DNA of 33,773 nt from Cryobacterium sp. (GCA_039924805.1 JBDTAA010000116.1:1-33773); one strand, 5' to 3'. Positions 1-10,714 are shown, counted from the first letter of the stretch. Numbers and translations are program-made. Notes: generated by a model from the sequence alone, not told the origin.

Positions 1-678
1 GAACAGCACCGACGTGCCGTAGTCACGGGTGAGCGTGCCCAGGTGGTCGAGAATCTGCCTCTGCACCGTCACGTCGAGGGCCGAGGTCGGCTCGTCGGCG
101 ATCAGGAGCTTGGGCCTGGCAGACAGGCCGATCCCGATCAGAACACGCTGGCGCATTCCGCCGGAGAACTGGTGCGGATACTGCTTGAGCCGATCCGCGG
201 CGTCGCTCAGGCCGGCCTCCTGCAACACCTCGATCGTGCGCTTCCTGGCCTCCTTGCCCTGCGCGATGTTGTTGGCCTTGATGGCCTCCTCCACCTGGAA
301 ACCGATGCTCCAGACCGGGTTGAGGTTCGACATGGGATCCTGCGGAACGTAGCCGATCAGGCTGCCGCGCACATCCTGGATCTCCCTAGCCGAGAGTTTC
401 GTCAGGTCGCGACCCTGGAACAGGATCTCCCCCGCCGTGACCTTTCCGGTGCCCGCCAGCAGGTTGATGATGGCCTGTGCTGTCGTGGTCTTGCCCGAAC
501 CGGACTCGCCCACGATGGCCAGGGTCTGGCCTTCGTACAGGGTCAGGCTGACGCCTCGCACTGCGGGAACAATTCCGTACTGGGTCTGGAACCCAACCTC
601 GAGATCGTTGATTTGCAGCAGTGGTTCATTGGATGTCGACATGCTCTGGTTCACGTTTTCGTTCGCTAACTGTGTCAT
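1..678 (-). CDS. oppD: Peptide ABC transporter ATP-binding protein (OppD/DppD-like); runs off the window start
   Basis: Manual translation of the minus strand from ATG 678 (ATGA overlap with the oppC stop): MTQLANENVNQSMSTSNEPLLQINDLEVGF...LAIVGESGSGKTTTA (Walker A), YVPQDPM, and YPHQFSGGMRQR (signature). Alternative start at 642. Confidence 0.93.
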   Translation of the reverse strand, partial: MTQLANENVNQSMSTSNEPLLQINDLEVGFQTQYGIVPAVRGVSLTLYEGQTLAIVGESGSGKTTTAQAIINLLAGTGKVTAGEILFQGRDLTKLSAREIQDVRGSLIGYVPQDPMSNLNPVWSIGFQVEEAIKANNIAQGKEARKRTIEVLQEAGLSDAADRLKQYPHQFSGGMRQRVLIGIGLSARPKLLIADEPTSALDVTVQRQILDHLGTLTRDYGTSVLF

Positions 679-1628
679 CGGCGTGCCCTCGCCGCCGGGT
701 CGAGCGCGTCACGCAGAACATCACCCAGCATGAGGAAGGACAACACGGTGACCGACAGGGCAGCTGCTGGGTACATCAGAACCTGTGGATTCGTGCGGAT
801 GGAGGTCTGGGCCTTACTGATGTCGCTACCCCAGGACATGATGACCGACGAGTCCAGGCCGATGCCGAGGAACGACAGCGTCGCCTCGGCGACAATGAAC
901 GTCCCGAGCGAAACCGTTGCGATAACGATGACCGGGGCGATCGAGTTCGGGATCACATGGCGCAGCAGGATCTTGAAGTTCGACACGCCGAGGGCGACTG
1001 ACGCCATGACGTAGTCCGAGTTCCTCGCCGACAGCACGGCGCCTCGCATGATGCGGGCAACCTGCGGCCAGGCGAAGATCGACAAAACGAGTGCGATGAT
1101 CACCGGGGTGCGCTCCGGCAGGACAGACATCAGAACGATCGCACCTAGCACGGTGGGGACCGCGAAGAAGATGTCGCCGATCCGGGACACGACCGCGTCG
1201 AGGAATCCGCCGTAAAAACCGGCCAGGGAGCCGACGACGAGCCCGAACATCGTCACCAGGATCGTGGCGAGAATGCCCACGGTGACGGAGGCCTGGGTTC
1301 CGAAGATGATCCTGGAGTAGACGTCACAGCCCTGACGCGTGAATCCGAAGGGATGGCCCGCCTGCGGCCCACCGTTGCTGTTGGCCAGTAGGCAGTTCGA
1401 GTTCGGCGGCGTCTGGGTGAACAGCGACGGCAGCAGGGCGACGGCCACGATGACGAGGATCAGGATCGATGAGATCCAGAACGCGGGGCGACGCCGCATG
1501 GCGTCCCACGCGTCCGACCAGGTGCTGCGCGCCTTCTGTGTCTCGTCGAGCCTGTCGACCTCGGCAACCGGAGTGTCCTCCAGTGCGGCGACGAAGTGGG
1601 TCTGCCCGACTGGGCTCTTACTTGGCAT
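675..1628 (-). CDS. oppC: Peptide ABC transporter permease (OppC/DppC-like)
   Basis: ORF 675..1823 trimmed to MPSKSPVG. Contains HPFGFTRQGCDVYSRIIFG and the EAA-like loop DYVMASVALGVSNFKILLRHVIPN; ends DALDP. Confidence 0.93.
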   Translation of the reverse strand: MPSKSPVGQTHFVAALEDTPVAEVDRLDETQKARSTWSDAWDAMRRRPAFWISSILILVIVAVALLPSLFTQTPPNSNCLLANSNGGPQAGHPFGFTRQGCDVYSRIIFGTQASVTVGILATILVTMFGLVVGSLAGFYGGFLDAVVSRIGDIFFAVPTVLGAIVLMSVLPERTPVIIALVLSIFAWPQVARIMRGAVLSARNSDYVMASVALGVSNFKILLRHVIPNSIAPVIVIATVSLGTFIVAEATLSFLGIGLDSSVIMSWGSDISKAQTSIRTNPQVLMYPAAALSVTVLSFLMLGDVLRDALDPAARARR

Positions 1629-2547
1629 AACGAATCCTTGGGTCAAGGGCTGCGTACAGCAGGTCGACGAGCAGGTTGGCCAGCACGAAGATGACGACCA
1701 TGACGGCGATGAACGACACCACTGTCGGGCCCTCGCCGAGCCTGATCGCCTTGAAGACGGTGCCACCGACACCGTTGATGTTGAAGATGCCCTCGGTGAC
1801 GATCGCACCCACCATGAGTGCACCCAGGTCGACTCCCAGGAAGGTCACCACGGGGACCAGCGAATTGCGCAACACGTGCACGGTGACAACGCGCTGCCGG
1901 GAGAGGCCCTTGGCCGTCGCCGTGCGCACGAAGTCGGCGTTGAGGTTGTCCGAGACGCTCGCGCGGGTCAAACGCACAATATAGGCGAACGACACGGATG
2001 CGATCACGAGCGCCGGCAGGATCAGCTCGCCCAGGGGCGCCGCTCCGCTCACCGTCGTCCTCGCCCAGCCGAGCTGGACCCCGAAGACGTACTGCAGGAC
2101 GAAGCCGAGTACGAACGTCGGGACCGAGATGAGGAGGAGACTGACGACGAGCGCGCTCGCGTCGAAGAACTTTCCCTTGCGGAGTCCGGCGATGAGTCCG
2201 ACCAGGATCCCGGCGAATGCTTCCATGGCCAGCGCGAGCATGGCGAGACGGGCGGTGATCGGGAAGGCCGACGCCATGACGTCGGAAACCGGACGACCGG
2301 AGTACGTTGTGCCGAGGTCACCCTGGAAGAAGCCGGTGATGTAGAGGAAGTACTGCACGATAAGTGGCTTATCGAGGTTGTACTCGATGCGGATCAACTC
2401 GATCACTCCGGGGGCCGGAGGTCGGTCGCCATACAAGGCCGCGATGGGGTCACCCGGGAGGGAGAACACCATGAAGTAAATCAAGAACGTGGCGCCGAAA
2501 AACACCGGGATCATTTGGAGCAGACGTCTGCCTGTGTACCACAGCAT
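1618..2547 (-). CDS. oppB: Peptide ABC transporter permease (OppB/DppB-like)
   Basis: RRLLQMIPVFFG...LPGDP, DFVRTATAKGLS...HVLRNSL, DLLYAALDPRIRY. Confidence 0.95.
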   Translation of the reverse strand: MLWYTGRRLLQMIPVFFGATFLIYFMVFSLPGDPIAALYGDRPPAPGVIELIRIEYNLDKPLIVQYFLYITGFFQGDLGTTYSGRPVSDVMASAFPITARLAMLALAMEAFAGILVGLIAGLRKGKFFDASALVVSLLLISVPTFVLGFVLQYVFGVQLGWARTTVSGAAPLGELILPALVIASVSFAYIVRLTRASVSDNLNADFVRTATAKGLSRQRVVTVHVLRNSLVPVVTFLGVDLGALMVGAIVTEGIFNINGVGGTVFKAIRLGEGPTVVSFIAVMVVIFVLANLLVDLLYAALDPRIRYAK

Positions 2548-2605
2548 CAGGTTCCCTCGTTGGAACAGATATGCATTGTTATCTCAATCACTGGATGAGT
2601 CTAGT

Positions 2606-2648
2606 CAGTGCAATGCCCGGGGCAGCAACCGCCCCGGGCATCACACTG
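2606..2648 (-). terminator. Stem-loop between oppA and oppB (partial terminator or mRNA stabiliser)
   Basis: ATGCCCGGGGC (2613-2623) pairs with GCCCCGGGCAT (2631-2641), extended by CAGTG/CACTG; about 20 nt after the oppA stop. Confidence 0.65.
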
Positions 2649-2668
2649 CGTATATTTACGTGCGGGTG

Positions 2669-4282
2669 TTAGCCCTTGGTGATCTGCGTGTACATCGGGA
2701 CGGAGTCCCAGCCGAACACGACGTTGTTGACGGTGTCAGCCCATACTCCGGTGACGTTGGAGTACCACAGCGGGGTGGACGGCAGGTCCTGGAGCAGGAC
2801 CTCCTGTGCCTCCTGGTACGTGGCGGTTGCTTCCTCGACGGAGGATGCGGCCGCACCCTTCTTGAGGAGGCCGTCGAACTCGGCACTGCTGTAGCCCTCG
2901 TAGTTCGATCCGGCACCGGTCTGGTACAGCGGAGCGAGGAAGTTGTACAGCGACGGGTAGTCGGCCTGCCATCCGGCGCGGGTGGCACCGGTCAGCTTCT
3001 TGGCGTCTCGGTCGTCGAGCGCGGCGGCGAAGGTGGGGTACGCCTTGCCGACGGCCTTGATGCCGAGGGTGTTCTTGATGCTGTTCGCTACGGCGTCGAC
3101 CCAGGCCTGGTGGCCACCGTCGGCGTTGTAGGCGATGTCGAATGTGCCGGTGTACGGCGACATCGCGTCGGCTTCGGCCCACTTCTTCTTGGCTTCGTCC
3201 GGGTTGAACTTGAGAACATCGGCGCCCTTGAGCTTGTCGGACCAGCCGTCGATGACCGGCGACGTGAAGTCGGTGGCCGGGGTACGGGTGCCCTGGAAGA
3301 TCACGTCGGTGATCTCCTTGCGGTTGATCGACATCGAGATGGCGGCGCGGCGCAGCTTGCCTTCCTCGCCACTCCAGTGCTCGAGGTAGTACGGCATGTT
3401 GAACGCCTGGAAGATCGCGGCCGGCTGGTTCACGGAGTGGTCCGGGAAGTCGGACTCGTAGGTCTCGAATGCCGAGTCCGGAACGGAGTCGAGGACGTCG
3501 AGGTTGCCGCCCTGGACATCCGCGTAGGCGGCATCCTGCGAGTCGTAGAACCTGATGGTCAGTCCGCCGTTGGCGGGCTTGCGAACACCGTCGTAGGCGG
3601 GGTTGGTGACGAGGTCGATCGACACCTCGTGCTCCCACGCCGTGTCGGAGGCCAGCTTGTACGGGCCGTTTCCGATCGGGTTCTCGCCGAAGGCCTTCAT
3701 GTCCTCGAACGCGGCCTTGGGCAGCGGCGAGAAGGCGGAGTAGCCAAGGCGCAGCGGCCAGTCGGCCTCCGGGGCGGCCAGTTCGACCGTGAACGTCGTG
3801 TCGTCAACGACCTTGAGGCCGGTGAGTTCGGACTCCTTGTCAAAGCTGAAGCCGGCGATGTCGTCGAAGAAGTAGGAAGAGCTCTGGGCGTTGCTGAGCA
3901 GGCCACCGAACTTCCATGCGTCGACGAAGGAGGCTGCCGTGACCGGCTCGTCGTTCGTGAAGGTCCAGCCGTCGTTGAGGGTGACGGTCCAGTTCTTCGC
4001 GTCGTCGGACTCGATCGACTTGGCGACCTCGTTCTTGATCTCGCCCTTTGCCGTGTAGGACACAAGGCCCGCGAAGAGCGAGGTGATGATCTTGCCGCCG
4101 CCGGTCTCCGTGGTGTTGGTGGGGATCAGCGGGTTCTGCGGCTCGGAGCCGTTGGTCGTGATGATGGCCGATGCATCGCCCTTGGGCGCGGCGGGCTTTG
4201 CAGCGCCGGCGCAGCCGGAGAGCGTGAGCGCCCCCACGGCGGCCAAAGAGATGGCGACAACGCCAAGTCTGTTGATCTTCAA
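2669..4282 (-). CDS. oppA: Peptide ABC transporter substrate-binding lipoprotein (family 5)
   Basis: TTG start after GGAGG; lipobox LSGC; PIGNGPY and RAGWQADYP motifs; 537 aa. Confidence 0.95.
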   Translation of the reverse strand: MKINRLGVVAISLAAVGALTLSGCAGAAKPAAPKGDASAIITTNGSEPQNPLIPTNTTETGGGKIITSLFAGLVSYTAKGEIKNEVAKSIESDDAKNWTVTLNDGWTFTNDEPVTAASFVDAWKFGGLLSNAQSSSYFFDDIAGFSFDKESELTGLKVVDDTTFTVELAAPEADWPLRLGYSAFSPLPKAAFEDMKAFGENPIGNGPYKLASDTAWEHEVSIDLVTNPAYDGVRKPANGGLTIRFYDSQDAAYADVQGGNLDVLDSVPDSAFETYESDFPDHSVNQPAAIFQAFNMPYYLEHWSGEEGKLRRAAISMSINRKEITDVIFQGTRTPATDFTSPVIDGWSDKLKGADVLKFNPDEAKKKWAEADAMSPYTGTFDIAYNADGGHQAWVDAVANSIKNTLGIKAVGKAYPTFAAALDDRDAKKLTGATRAGWQADYPSLYNFLAPLYQTGAGSNYEGYSSAEFDGLLKKGAAASSVEEATATYQEAQEVLLQDLPSTPLWYSNVTGVWADTVNNVVFGWDSVPMYTQITKG

Positions 4283-4506
4283 TTTTCCTCCATTGCAAAA
4301 GTGGGCGCGCTTTGCAGCTTGTGGCCGCCAAACGCGCGCGATAAAAAAACCCTAGGACGGCGGCGCGAATAATCCAAAACGTGACGGAAACCGTTACCGA
4401 TGAGCAACGTGCGGAGTACAGATCCGCAGGTATTGCGGATTTTGCGCATTATTGTTGCGCCAGCCTGAGCGTTCGTTGGAAGCACCCCCAATGAGATGAT
4501 GGAGCC

Positions 4507-4899
4507 ATGGCGAGCCTCCCGAGCGTGGACACGACGGTTTTGATCTTCGACGGGGACTGCGCCTTCTGCACGACCGCGGTTAACTGGCTGACGCGTTCGC
4601 TTCCGTCAATGCCTCCAGCCTCCCCCTACCAGTGGACCGATCTGGACGCCTACGGGCTGACGCTCGCCGACGGCCGGGCCAGCGTCTGGCTTGTGACGCC
4701 CGGCCGCCAGTACAGTGGCGCGGCGGCCGTCAGCGCCATTCTGCGCCACCAGCCATCGCCGGCCCTGCGATTGCTCGGCTGGCTCGGCACCGTGCCGCCC
4801 CTGTCCTGGCTTGCCGAGGTGGGCTACCGGCTGGTTGCCAGATACCGCTACCTGCTCCCGGGCGGCACTCCGGCCTGCCGGATGCCGGGTGGCTCGTGA
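4507..4899 (+). CDS. DCC1-like thiol-disulfide oxidoreductase (DUF393)
   Basis: LIFDGDCAFC (DxxCxxC) motif; YRLVARYRY and C-terminal GGTPAC. Confidence 0.88.
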   Translation: MASLPSVDTTVLIFDGDCAFCTTAVNWLTRSLPSMPPASPYQWTDLDAYGLTLADGRASVWLVTPGRQYSGAAAVSAILRHQPSPALRLLGWLGTVPPLSWLAEVGYRLVARYRYLLPGGTPACRMPGGS

Positions 4900-5681
4900 G
4901 CGTGCCGGAGATCCGCTCGCGCGTCAGCGGCACGCGACTGGGCTGGGAGGTCGTCATCGTTCTCGGGTTGTCGCTCGGGGCATCCGCGGTGTATTCCATT
5001 GTGTCGATCATTGCCCGGCTCACGGCCGGCACACCGCTGTCGAAGCAGTCCGCGACGATCAACGGCTCGCTGTCGGAACGGGAGTGGCTCGATTTCACGT
5101 ATCAGTTCCTCGGCAGCTTCTTCCAGCTCTTCGCGGTGGCCCTCGTGCTCTACCTGCTCTGGCTGCCCGGACAGGGCGCCTTCCGCCGGATCGGCTTCAC
5201 GCTCGGCGAACCGCGGCGCGATCTCCTTCGCGGGCTGGGACTTGTCGTTCTCATCGGCGTTCCAGGCCTTGCCTTCTACCTGGCCAGCCGCGCCCTGGGG
5301 TTCACCGTCGCCGTCTCGACCAATTCGCTCTCGGCCTTCTGGTGGACCATTCCCATCCTCGTGTTCGCCGCGCTCGGCGCGGCGCTTTCCGAGGAGGTCA
5401 TCGTGGTCGGCTACCTGTTCACTCGACTACGCGAGTTCGGCTGGTCGACGTGGACGGTCATCCTGTCGTCTGCCGTTCTCCGGGGCACCTACCACCTGTA
5501 CCAGGGCGTCGGGCCGTTCTTCGGCAACGTCGCCATGGGCGTGCTGTTCGGTTGGTGCTACACCCGTTGGGGACGCACCATGCCGCTGGTCGTGGCTCAC
5601 TGGATCCTCGACATCGTGTCGTTCGTCGGGTATCCGCTCGCGCTGGCCTGGTGGCCCGAGTTGATCGCCCCCGCCACCTAA
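4896..5681 (+). CDS. CPBP family intramembrane glutamic endopeptidase (Abi/CAAX)
   Basis: GTG overlapping the upstream TGA; SEEVIVVGY, RGTYHLYQG and VAHWILD motifs; several TM segments. Confidence 0.88.
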   Translation: MSVPEIRSRVSGTRLGWEVVIVLGLSLGASAVYSIVSIIARLTAGTPLSKQSATINGSLSEREWLDFTYQFLGSFFQLFAVALVLYLLWLPGQGAFRRIGFTLGEPRRDLLRGLGLVVLIGVPGLAFYLASRALGFTVAVSTNSLSAFWWTIPILVFAALGAALSEEVIVVGYLFTRLREFGWSTWTVILSSAVLRGTYHLYQGVGPFFGNVAMGVLFGWCYTRWGRTMPLVVAHWILDIVSFVGYPLALAWWPELIAPAT

Positions 5682-5698
5682 CGAAGCGCACGCGGGGT

Positions 5699-8584
5699 TT
5701 ACTCGAACGCCTCGGGCGGCGGGCAGGCGCACACCAGGTTGCGGTCCCCATAGGCGTTGTCGATACGGCGCACCGGCGCCCAGTACTTGTTGCGGATGAG
5801 CGAAGGCAGCGGGTAGACGGCCGTCGCACGGTCGTACGCGTGCTCCCACTCCCCCTCGATCACGGACTGCGCCGTGTGCGGCGCGCCCTGCAGCGGGTTG
5901 TCGTCGGCGGGCCAGACCCCGCCCGCGACTGAATCCGCTTCGCCCTTGATCGCGATCATCGCTTCGATGAACCGGTCGATCTCGCCGAGGTCTTCACTCT
6001 CGGTGGGCTCGATCATGAGCGTGCCGGACACCTGGAAGCTCATCGTGGGCGAGTGGAAGCCGTAGTCCACAAGGCGCTTGGCCACGTCGTCCACCGTGAT
6101 CCCGGTCGCCGCGGTGAGCGGGCGGAGATCGAGGATGCACTCGTGGGCGACGAGGCCGTTGTCGCCGGAATACAGCACCGGGTAGTGCGCCTCCAGGCCC
6201 TTCGCCACGTAGTTGGCGGCGAGAACAGCAGCACCGGTGGCCTGCTTGAGGCCGTCCATACCCATCATGCGGATGTAGGCCCAGGTGATCGGCAGGATGC
6301 TCGGGCTACCGTACGGCGCCGCCGAGATCGGTCCACCCTCGTGGCGCACGCTGCCGCCGAGAAGGTAGTGGTCCTCGCTCTGGGCGAGGGGGTGCCCCGG
6401 CAGGAACGGGGCGAGGTGCGCCTTGGCCGCGACGGGGCCCACTCCGGGGCCGCCACCTCCGTGCGGGATGCAGAACGTCTTGTGCAGGTTCAGGTGCGAC
6501 ACGTCGCCGCCGAAGTCGCCGTAGCGGGCGAATCCGAGCAGGGCGTTGAGGTTGGCACCGTCGACGTAGACCTGTCCGCCGGCGTCGTGCACGGCCTGGC
6601 AGATGGTGCCCACCTCGTGCTCGTACACGCCGTGCGTTGACGGGTAAGTGATCATCAGCGCGGACAGGTTCTCGGCGTGCTCGGCGATCTTGGCGCGCAG
6701 GTCATCGAGATCAACGTTGCCGAGTTCGTCGCAGGCAACGACGACGACCTTCATGCCGGCGAGCACGGCGGATGCCGCATTCGTGCCGTGGGCGCTGGAC
6801 GGGATCAGGCAGACGGTGCGCTGGTTGTCACCGTTGGCCTGGTGGAACCCGCTGATGGCGAGGAGTCCGGCCAGTTCGCCCTGGCTGCCCGCGTTGGGCT
6901 GCAGCGACACCGAGTCGTAGCCGGTGACATCCGTCAACCAGGTTTCGAGCTGGTGGATGAGGGCCAGGTAGCCCTCGACGTCGGCGCGCGGGGCGAACGG
7001 GTGGATTCCACCGAACTCTGGCCAGCTGACGGCCTCCATCTCGGTGGCCGCGTTGAGCTTCATCGTGCAGGAGCCGAGCGGGATCATGCCGCGGTCGAGC
7101 GCGTAGTCGTAGTCGGCGAGGCGCTTGAGGTAGCGCATCATGCTCGTCTCCGAGCGGTGCGTGTTGAATACGGCGTGGGTGAGGTACTCGCTCGTGCGGC
7201 CGAGCGCCTGGGGGATGCCCGGAACGGTGGCGGTGAAGTCGACGTGGCCGAACGCGTCCCGGCCGCCGAACGCGCCGACGACGAGGGTCAGGTCGGAAGG
7301 GGTGGTCGTTTCGTCGACGGACACGCCGACCGTGTCGGCGTCGACGAGGTGCAGGTTGACGCCTGAACCGGCCGCGCGTGCCACGATCTCCTCCGCGCGG
7401 GCGGGCACGGAGATCCGAACGGTGTCGAAGAATGAGTCATTCACGACGTCGGCACCGGCGGCGCGGAGCGCGGCGACCAGGCGGCTGGCGCGGTCGTGCA
7501 CCTCCGTCGCGATCGCCTTGAGCCCCTCGGGTCCGTGGTACACGGCGTACATGCCGGCCATGACCGCGAGCAGCACCTGGGCGGTGCAGATGTTCGAGGT
7601 GGCCTTGTCGCGGCGGATGTGCTGCTCCCGCACCTGCAGCGACAGGCGGTAAGCGGGGTGGCCGGCCGCGTCCACACTGACGCCGACCAGGCGGCCGGGC
7701 AGCTGGCGTTCGAGGCCCTTGCGCACGGCCATGTAGCCGGCGTGCGGACCGCCGAAGCCCATGGGCACTCCGAAGAGCTGGCTGGTGCCGACGGCGACAT
7801 CCGCGCCGAGCTCGCCCGGCGAGGCGATCAGGGTGAGTGCGAGCAGGTCCGCCGCGACGACGGCGAGGCCCGCCTGCGCCTGCGAGGCGGCGATCACGCC
7901 GGCCGGGTTCCAGACCCGACCGGATGCGCCGGGGTACTGCACGAAGATTCCGAAGTGCTCGCCGAGGTCGTCGCCAGCGGTGCTCTCGTCGAGGTCGACG
8001 ATGGCGAGTTCGATGCCAAGGGCGTGGGCGCGGCTGGCGAGGATCGCCTGCGTCTGGGGCAGGGCATCCGCGTCAACGATGAACCGAGTCGACTTCGACT
8101 TGGACGCGCGGCGGGCCAGGAGCATGCCCTCCACGACGGCGGTGGACTCGTCGAGCATCGACGCGTTGGCGGTGTTCAGCCCGGTCAGGTCGGCGACCAT
8201 GGTCTGGAAGTTGATCAGGGCTTCCAGCCGACCCTGGGAGATCTCGGGCTGATAGGGCGTGTACGCCGTGTACCAGCTCGGGTTCTCCAAAACGTTGCGC
8301 TTGATCACGGCGGGCGTGATCGTGTCGTAGTAGCCCAGCCCGATCATCGAGCGCTTGACCGTGTTCTGGTCGGCGAGGGCTCGCAGTTCGAGGATGGCCT
8401 CGCGCTCGGTGGCCGCCGGCGGCAGCACGCTGTCGTCGGCCTGGCGGAACCGGTCGACGTGAATCGAAGGCGGAATCGCGGCGTCGACAAGCGACTCGAC
8501 CGAGTCGTAGCCGAGCCGGCCGAGCATGTGGGACTGCGCCGCGGTGTCCGTTCCGATGTGACGCTGGGTGAAGGGCTGTGACAT
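5699..8584 (-). CDS. gcvP: Glycine dehydrogenase (decarboxylating), P protein
   Basis: [26 protein letters not shown] lysine motif [20 protein letters not shown]; 961 aa. Confidence 0.98.
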   Translation of the reverse strand: MSQPFTQRHIGTDTAAQSHMLGRLGYDSVESLVDAAIPPSIHVDRFRQADDSVLPPAATEREAILELRALADQNTVKRSMIGLGYYDTITPAVIKRNVLENPSWYTAYTPYQPEISQGRLEALINFQTMVADLTGLNTANASMLDESTAVVEGMLLARRASKSKSTRFIVDADALPQTQAILASRAHALGIELAIVDLDESTAGDDLGEHFGIFVQYPGASGRVWNPAGVIAASQAQAGLAVVAADLLALTLIASPGELGADVAVGTSQLFGVPMGFGGPHAGYMAVRKGLERQLPGRLVGVSVDAAGHPAYRLSLQVREQHIRRDKATSNICTAQVLLAVMAGMYAVYHGPEGLKAIATEVHDRASRLVAALRAAGADVVNDSFFDTVRISVPARAEEIVARAAGSGVNLHLVDADTVGVSVDETTTPSDLTLVVGAFGGRDAFGHVDFTATVPGIPQALGRTSEYLTHAVFNTHRSETSMMRYLKRLADYDYALDRGMIPLGSCTMKLNAATEMEAVSWPEFGGIHPFAPRADVEGYLALIHQLETWLTDVTGYDSVSLQPNAGSQGELAGLLAISGFHQANGDNQRTVCLIPSSAHGTNAASAVLAGMKVVVVACDELGNVDLDDLRAKIAEHAENLSALMITYPSTHGVYEHEVGTICQAVHDAGGQVYVDGANLNALLGFARYGDFGGDVSHLNLHKTFCIPHGGGGPGVGPVAAKAHLAPFLPGHPLAQSEDHYLLGGSVRHEGGPISAAPYGSPSILPITWAYIRMMGMDGLKQATGAAVLAANYVAKGLEAHYPVLYSGDNGLVAHECILDLRPLTAATGITVDDVAKRLVDYGFHSPTMSFQVSGTLMIEPTESEDLGEIDRFIEAMIAIKGEADSVAGGVWPADDNPLQGAPHTAQSVIEGEWEHAYDRATAVYPLPSLIRNKYWAPVRRIDNAYGDRNLVCACPPPEAFE

Positions 8585-8637
8585 GTGTGCGTGAACCTGC
8601 GCGTTCTGGTTGTGTGGCGTGGCCGCCGGGGAAACGG

Positions 8638-8674
8638 GTGCTGGGTGTGTGTTGTGCTGGGTGTTTGTTGTGCT
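8638..8674. repeat. 16-bp tandem repeat (about 2.3 copies) in the gcvH-gcvP spacer
   Basis: GTGCTGGGTGTGTGTT GTGCTGGGTGTTTGTT GTGCT. Confidence 0.7.
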
Positions 8675-8680
8675 CTGGCG

Positions 8681-9052
8681 CTATTCGCCGACGAGGGCGG
8701 TGTACTCGGCGTAGCTGAGGAAGCTCGGCAGCTCGGTGAAGGACACCTTGATGAGCCAGCCCTCGCCGAACGGGTCGCTGTTGACGAGTTCGGGGCTGTC
8801 TACGACGGCGTCGTTGATCTCGACGACGGTGCCGTTGACGGGGGCGAAGAGCTCGCCGACCGACTTCGTCGACTCGATCTCGCCGACGACTGTGCCGTTT
8901 GCGATGTCGCTGCCCACGTCGGGCAGCTCAACGAAGACAACGTCGCCGAGCTTCTCCGCGGCGTATGCGGTGATGCCGATGGTCGCCGTGTCGCCCTGGA
9001 CCAGAACCCACTCGTGTTCGGCCGTGTACTGGAGTTCGGACTTGTCTGCCAT
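8681..9052 (-). CDS. gcvH: Glycine cleavage system H protein
   Basis: YTAEHEWV, lipoyl-lysine motif [18 protein letters not shown]; ATG 9052 with GAGGA RBS. Confidence 0.97.
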   Translation of the reverse strand: MADKSELQYTAEHEWVLVQGDTATIGITAYAAEKLGDVVFVELPDVGSDIANGTVVGEIESTKSVGELFAPVNGTVVEINDAVVDSPELVNSDPFGEGWLIKVSFTELPSFLSYAEYTALVGE

Positions 9053-9137
9053 GGGATTTCCTCTCGCGGGGGTGGATGGTGCTCTGCGCACCGCTGGTCG
9101 TGCTACCTGCTGGTGGTGCTGCTTCTCGTTCGGCTGA

Positions 9138-10283
9138 CTACTTCTCACGCTTGTAAAAAGGGAGCGAGGTGACGGTGGCGGGGATGCGGCTTCCGCGCAC
9201 GTCGACGAAAACTTCGGTACCGAGGCCGGCCAGGGCCGGGGAAACGTAGGCCATGGCAATCGGGTACCCGAGGGTCGGCGACAGCGCGCCGCTGGTGATG
9301 ATGCCCTCAGCCTCCGTCGCGTCGGAACTGCGGAAGATCCCGTAGTCGGCGCGACCGGCTCGTTTGCCGTCCGAGACGAGCCCGACAAGCACGCGCGCCT
9401 CGGCGCTCGGGCCCTCCTCGCTTGCTGCGCGGCCGATGAAGTCGTTCTCCTTGGCCAGGCTGACCACTCGGCCGAGTCCGGCCTGGGCGGGGTAGGTCGA
9501 CGTCGTCAGTTCGTGGCCGTACAGCGGCATGCCGGCCTCGAGGCGAAGGGTGTCGCGGCTGGCGAGACCCGCGGGGACGAGTCCGTGCGAGCCGCCGGCG
9601 AGGGCCAGGGCGTCCCATAGCTCGGCCGCGAAGGCCGCGCCGATGTAGAGCTCGAATCCGTCTTCTCCGGTGTAGCCGGTGCGTGCGATGAGCACGTCTT
9701 CCCCCTGGTAGGTGCCGCGCATGGCGCGGTAATACTTGAGGGCGGACAGCTCGCCGTCGACGCTCAGGTCGGCCGTTTCTTCCAGGATTGCGCGCGCGGA
9801 GGGGCCCTGCACGGCGATGAGCGCGACATCGTCGCTTGTGTCGTTGACCGAGACGTCGAAGCGGGACGAGCGGGCGGAGAGCGCCGCGAAGGCCTGGAAG
9901 CGATTGCCTGCGTTGGCGACGACGAGGTATTCGTGCTCATTGGTGCGGTAAACGACGACGTCGTCGATGATGCCACCGGCCTCGTTGAGGATGAGGCTGT
10001 ACTTGGCCTGCAGCAGGTCGATGGCGGAGAGCTTGCCGGCGAGGGCGAAGTCAAGGAAGGCCCCGGCGTCAGGGCCGGCGACGACGATCTCGGCCATGTG
10101 CGAGAGGTCGAAGAGGCCGGCTGCGCTGCGCACGGCGTGGTGCTCGGCGAGGTCGCTCGAGTAGCGGACCGGCATCTGCCAGCCGGCGAAGTCGGTGAAG
10201 CTGGCACCGGCGGCGACGTGCGCCTGGTGAAGCGGGGAGTACCGGTTTTCGGTGCTGGGTGCCGTGTTGGATGCCGAGGACAT
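9138..10283 (-). CDS. gcvT: Glycine cleavage system aminomethyltransferase T
   Basis: [42 protein letters not shown]; ATG 10283 with GGAG RBS. Confidence 0.97.
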   Translation of the reverse strand: MSSASNTAPSTENRYSPLHQAHVAAGASFTDFAGWQMPVRYSSDLAEHHAVRSAAGLFDLSHMAEIVVAGPDAGAFLDFALAGKLSAIDLLQAKYSLILNEAGGIIDDVVVYRTNEHEYLVVANAGNRFQAFAALSARSSRFDVSVNDTSDDVALIAVQGPSARAILEETADLSVDGELSALKYYRAMRGTYQGEDVLIARTGYTGEDGFELYIGAAFAAELWDALALAGGSHGLVPAGLASRDTLRLEAGMPLYGHELTTSTYPAQAGLGRVVSLAKENDFIGRAASEEGPSAEARVLVGLVSDGKRAGRADYGIFRSSDATEAEGIITSGALSPTLGYPIAMAYVSPALAGLGTEVFVDVRGSRIPATVTSLPFYKREK

Positions 10284-10356
10284 GAGTTCTCCAGGTCTGG
10301 TCGGCCACATGGCCGAGCGAGATTCGCTGGGGTCAACGATGACCCCTGGGAACTCC

Positions 10357-10551
10357 CCCTCTGTCATCCGGCCTGAGAGCTTCATCGCACCTCGAATGAG
10401 GAACGACTTTCACCGTGGGCGAACCGCGTGTGTTCCGCGATTACTTTTCAGAGTGGCCAGTTCGATGCGGTACGCGTACCTGAGAGATTGTCGGGGAGGA
10501 TTGCTCCTTCGGTGTTCGCACGCCTCACGGCGTCGAACTCTCCCGCATCGA
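10357..10551 (-). ncRNA. Tandem glycine riboswitch
   Basis: Minus strand, aptamer 1 (10462-10551): TCGATGCGG-GAGAG...CCGAAGGAGCAA...AATCTCTCAGG...CCGCATCGA. Aptamer 2 (10359-10453): CTCTGAAAAG...AAGCTCTCAGG...ACAGAG. Lies directly upstream of gcvT; -10 TAGGCT at 10590-10595. Confidence 0.93.
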
Positions 10552-10714
10552 CCTTGACGGCCCGATATTCGGTTGTTGTTTACGAACCAAGCCTATCGCG
10601 CGAAGGGCATGCCGGTGTCATGACCGCGTCCGAAGCGCCGGATGCCTGCGGGGAAGACAACGGGCACCCGGCGGACCTATCCGTGACGGGGGGACCAGGA
10701 AAGGGATCGCCCCG

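Noticed and set aside
2489-4372. 627-aa plus-strand ORF, and similar long antisense ORFs over gcvP, ABC-F, glpX, fbaA, xseA and fumC
   Set aside because: Shadow ORFs caused by high GC3 on the opposite strand of clearly recognisable genes; they contain no motifs.
4896-5681. CPBP/Abi protease as an anti-phage or bacteriocin-immunity system
   Set aside because: No bacteriocin, toxin or defence gene nearby; the Abi name alone is not evidence of abortive infection.
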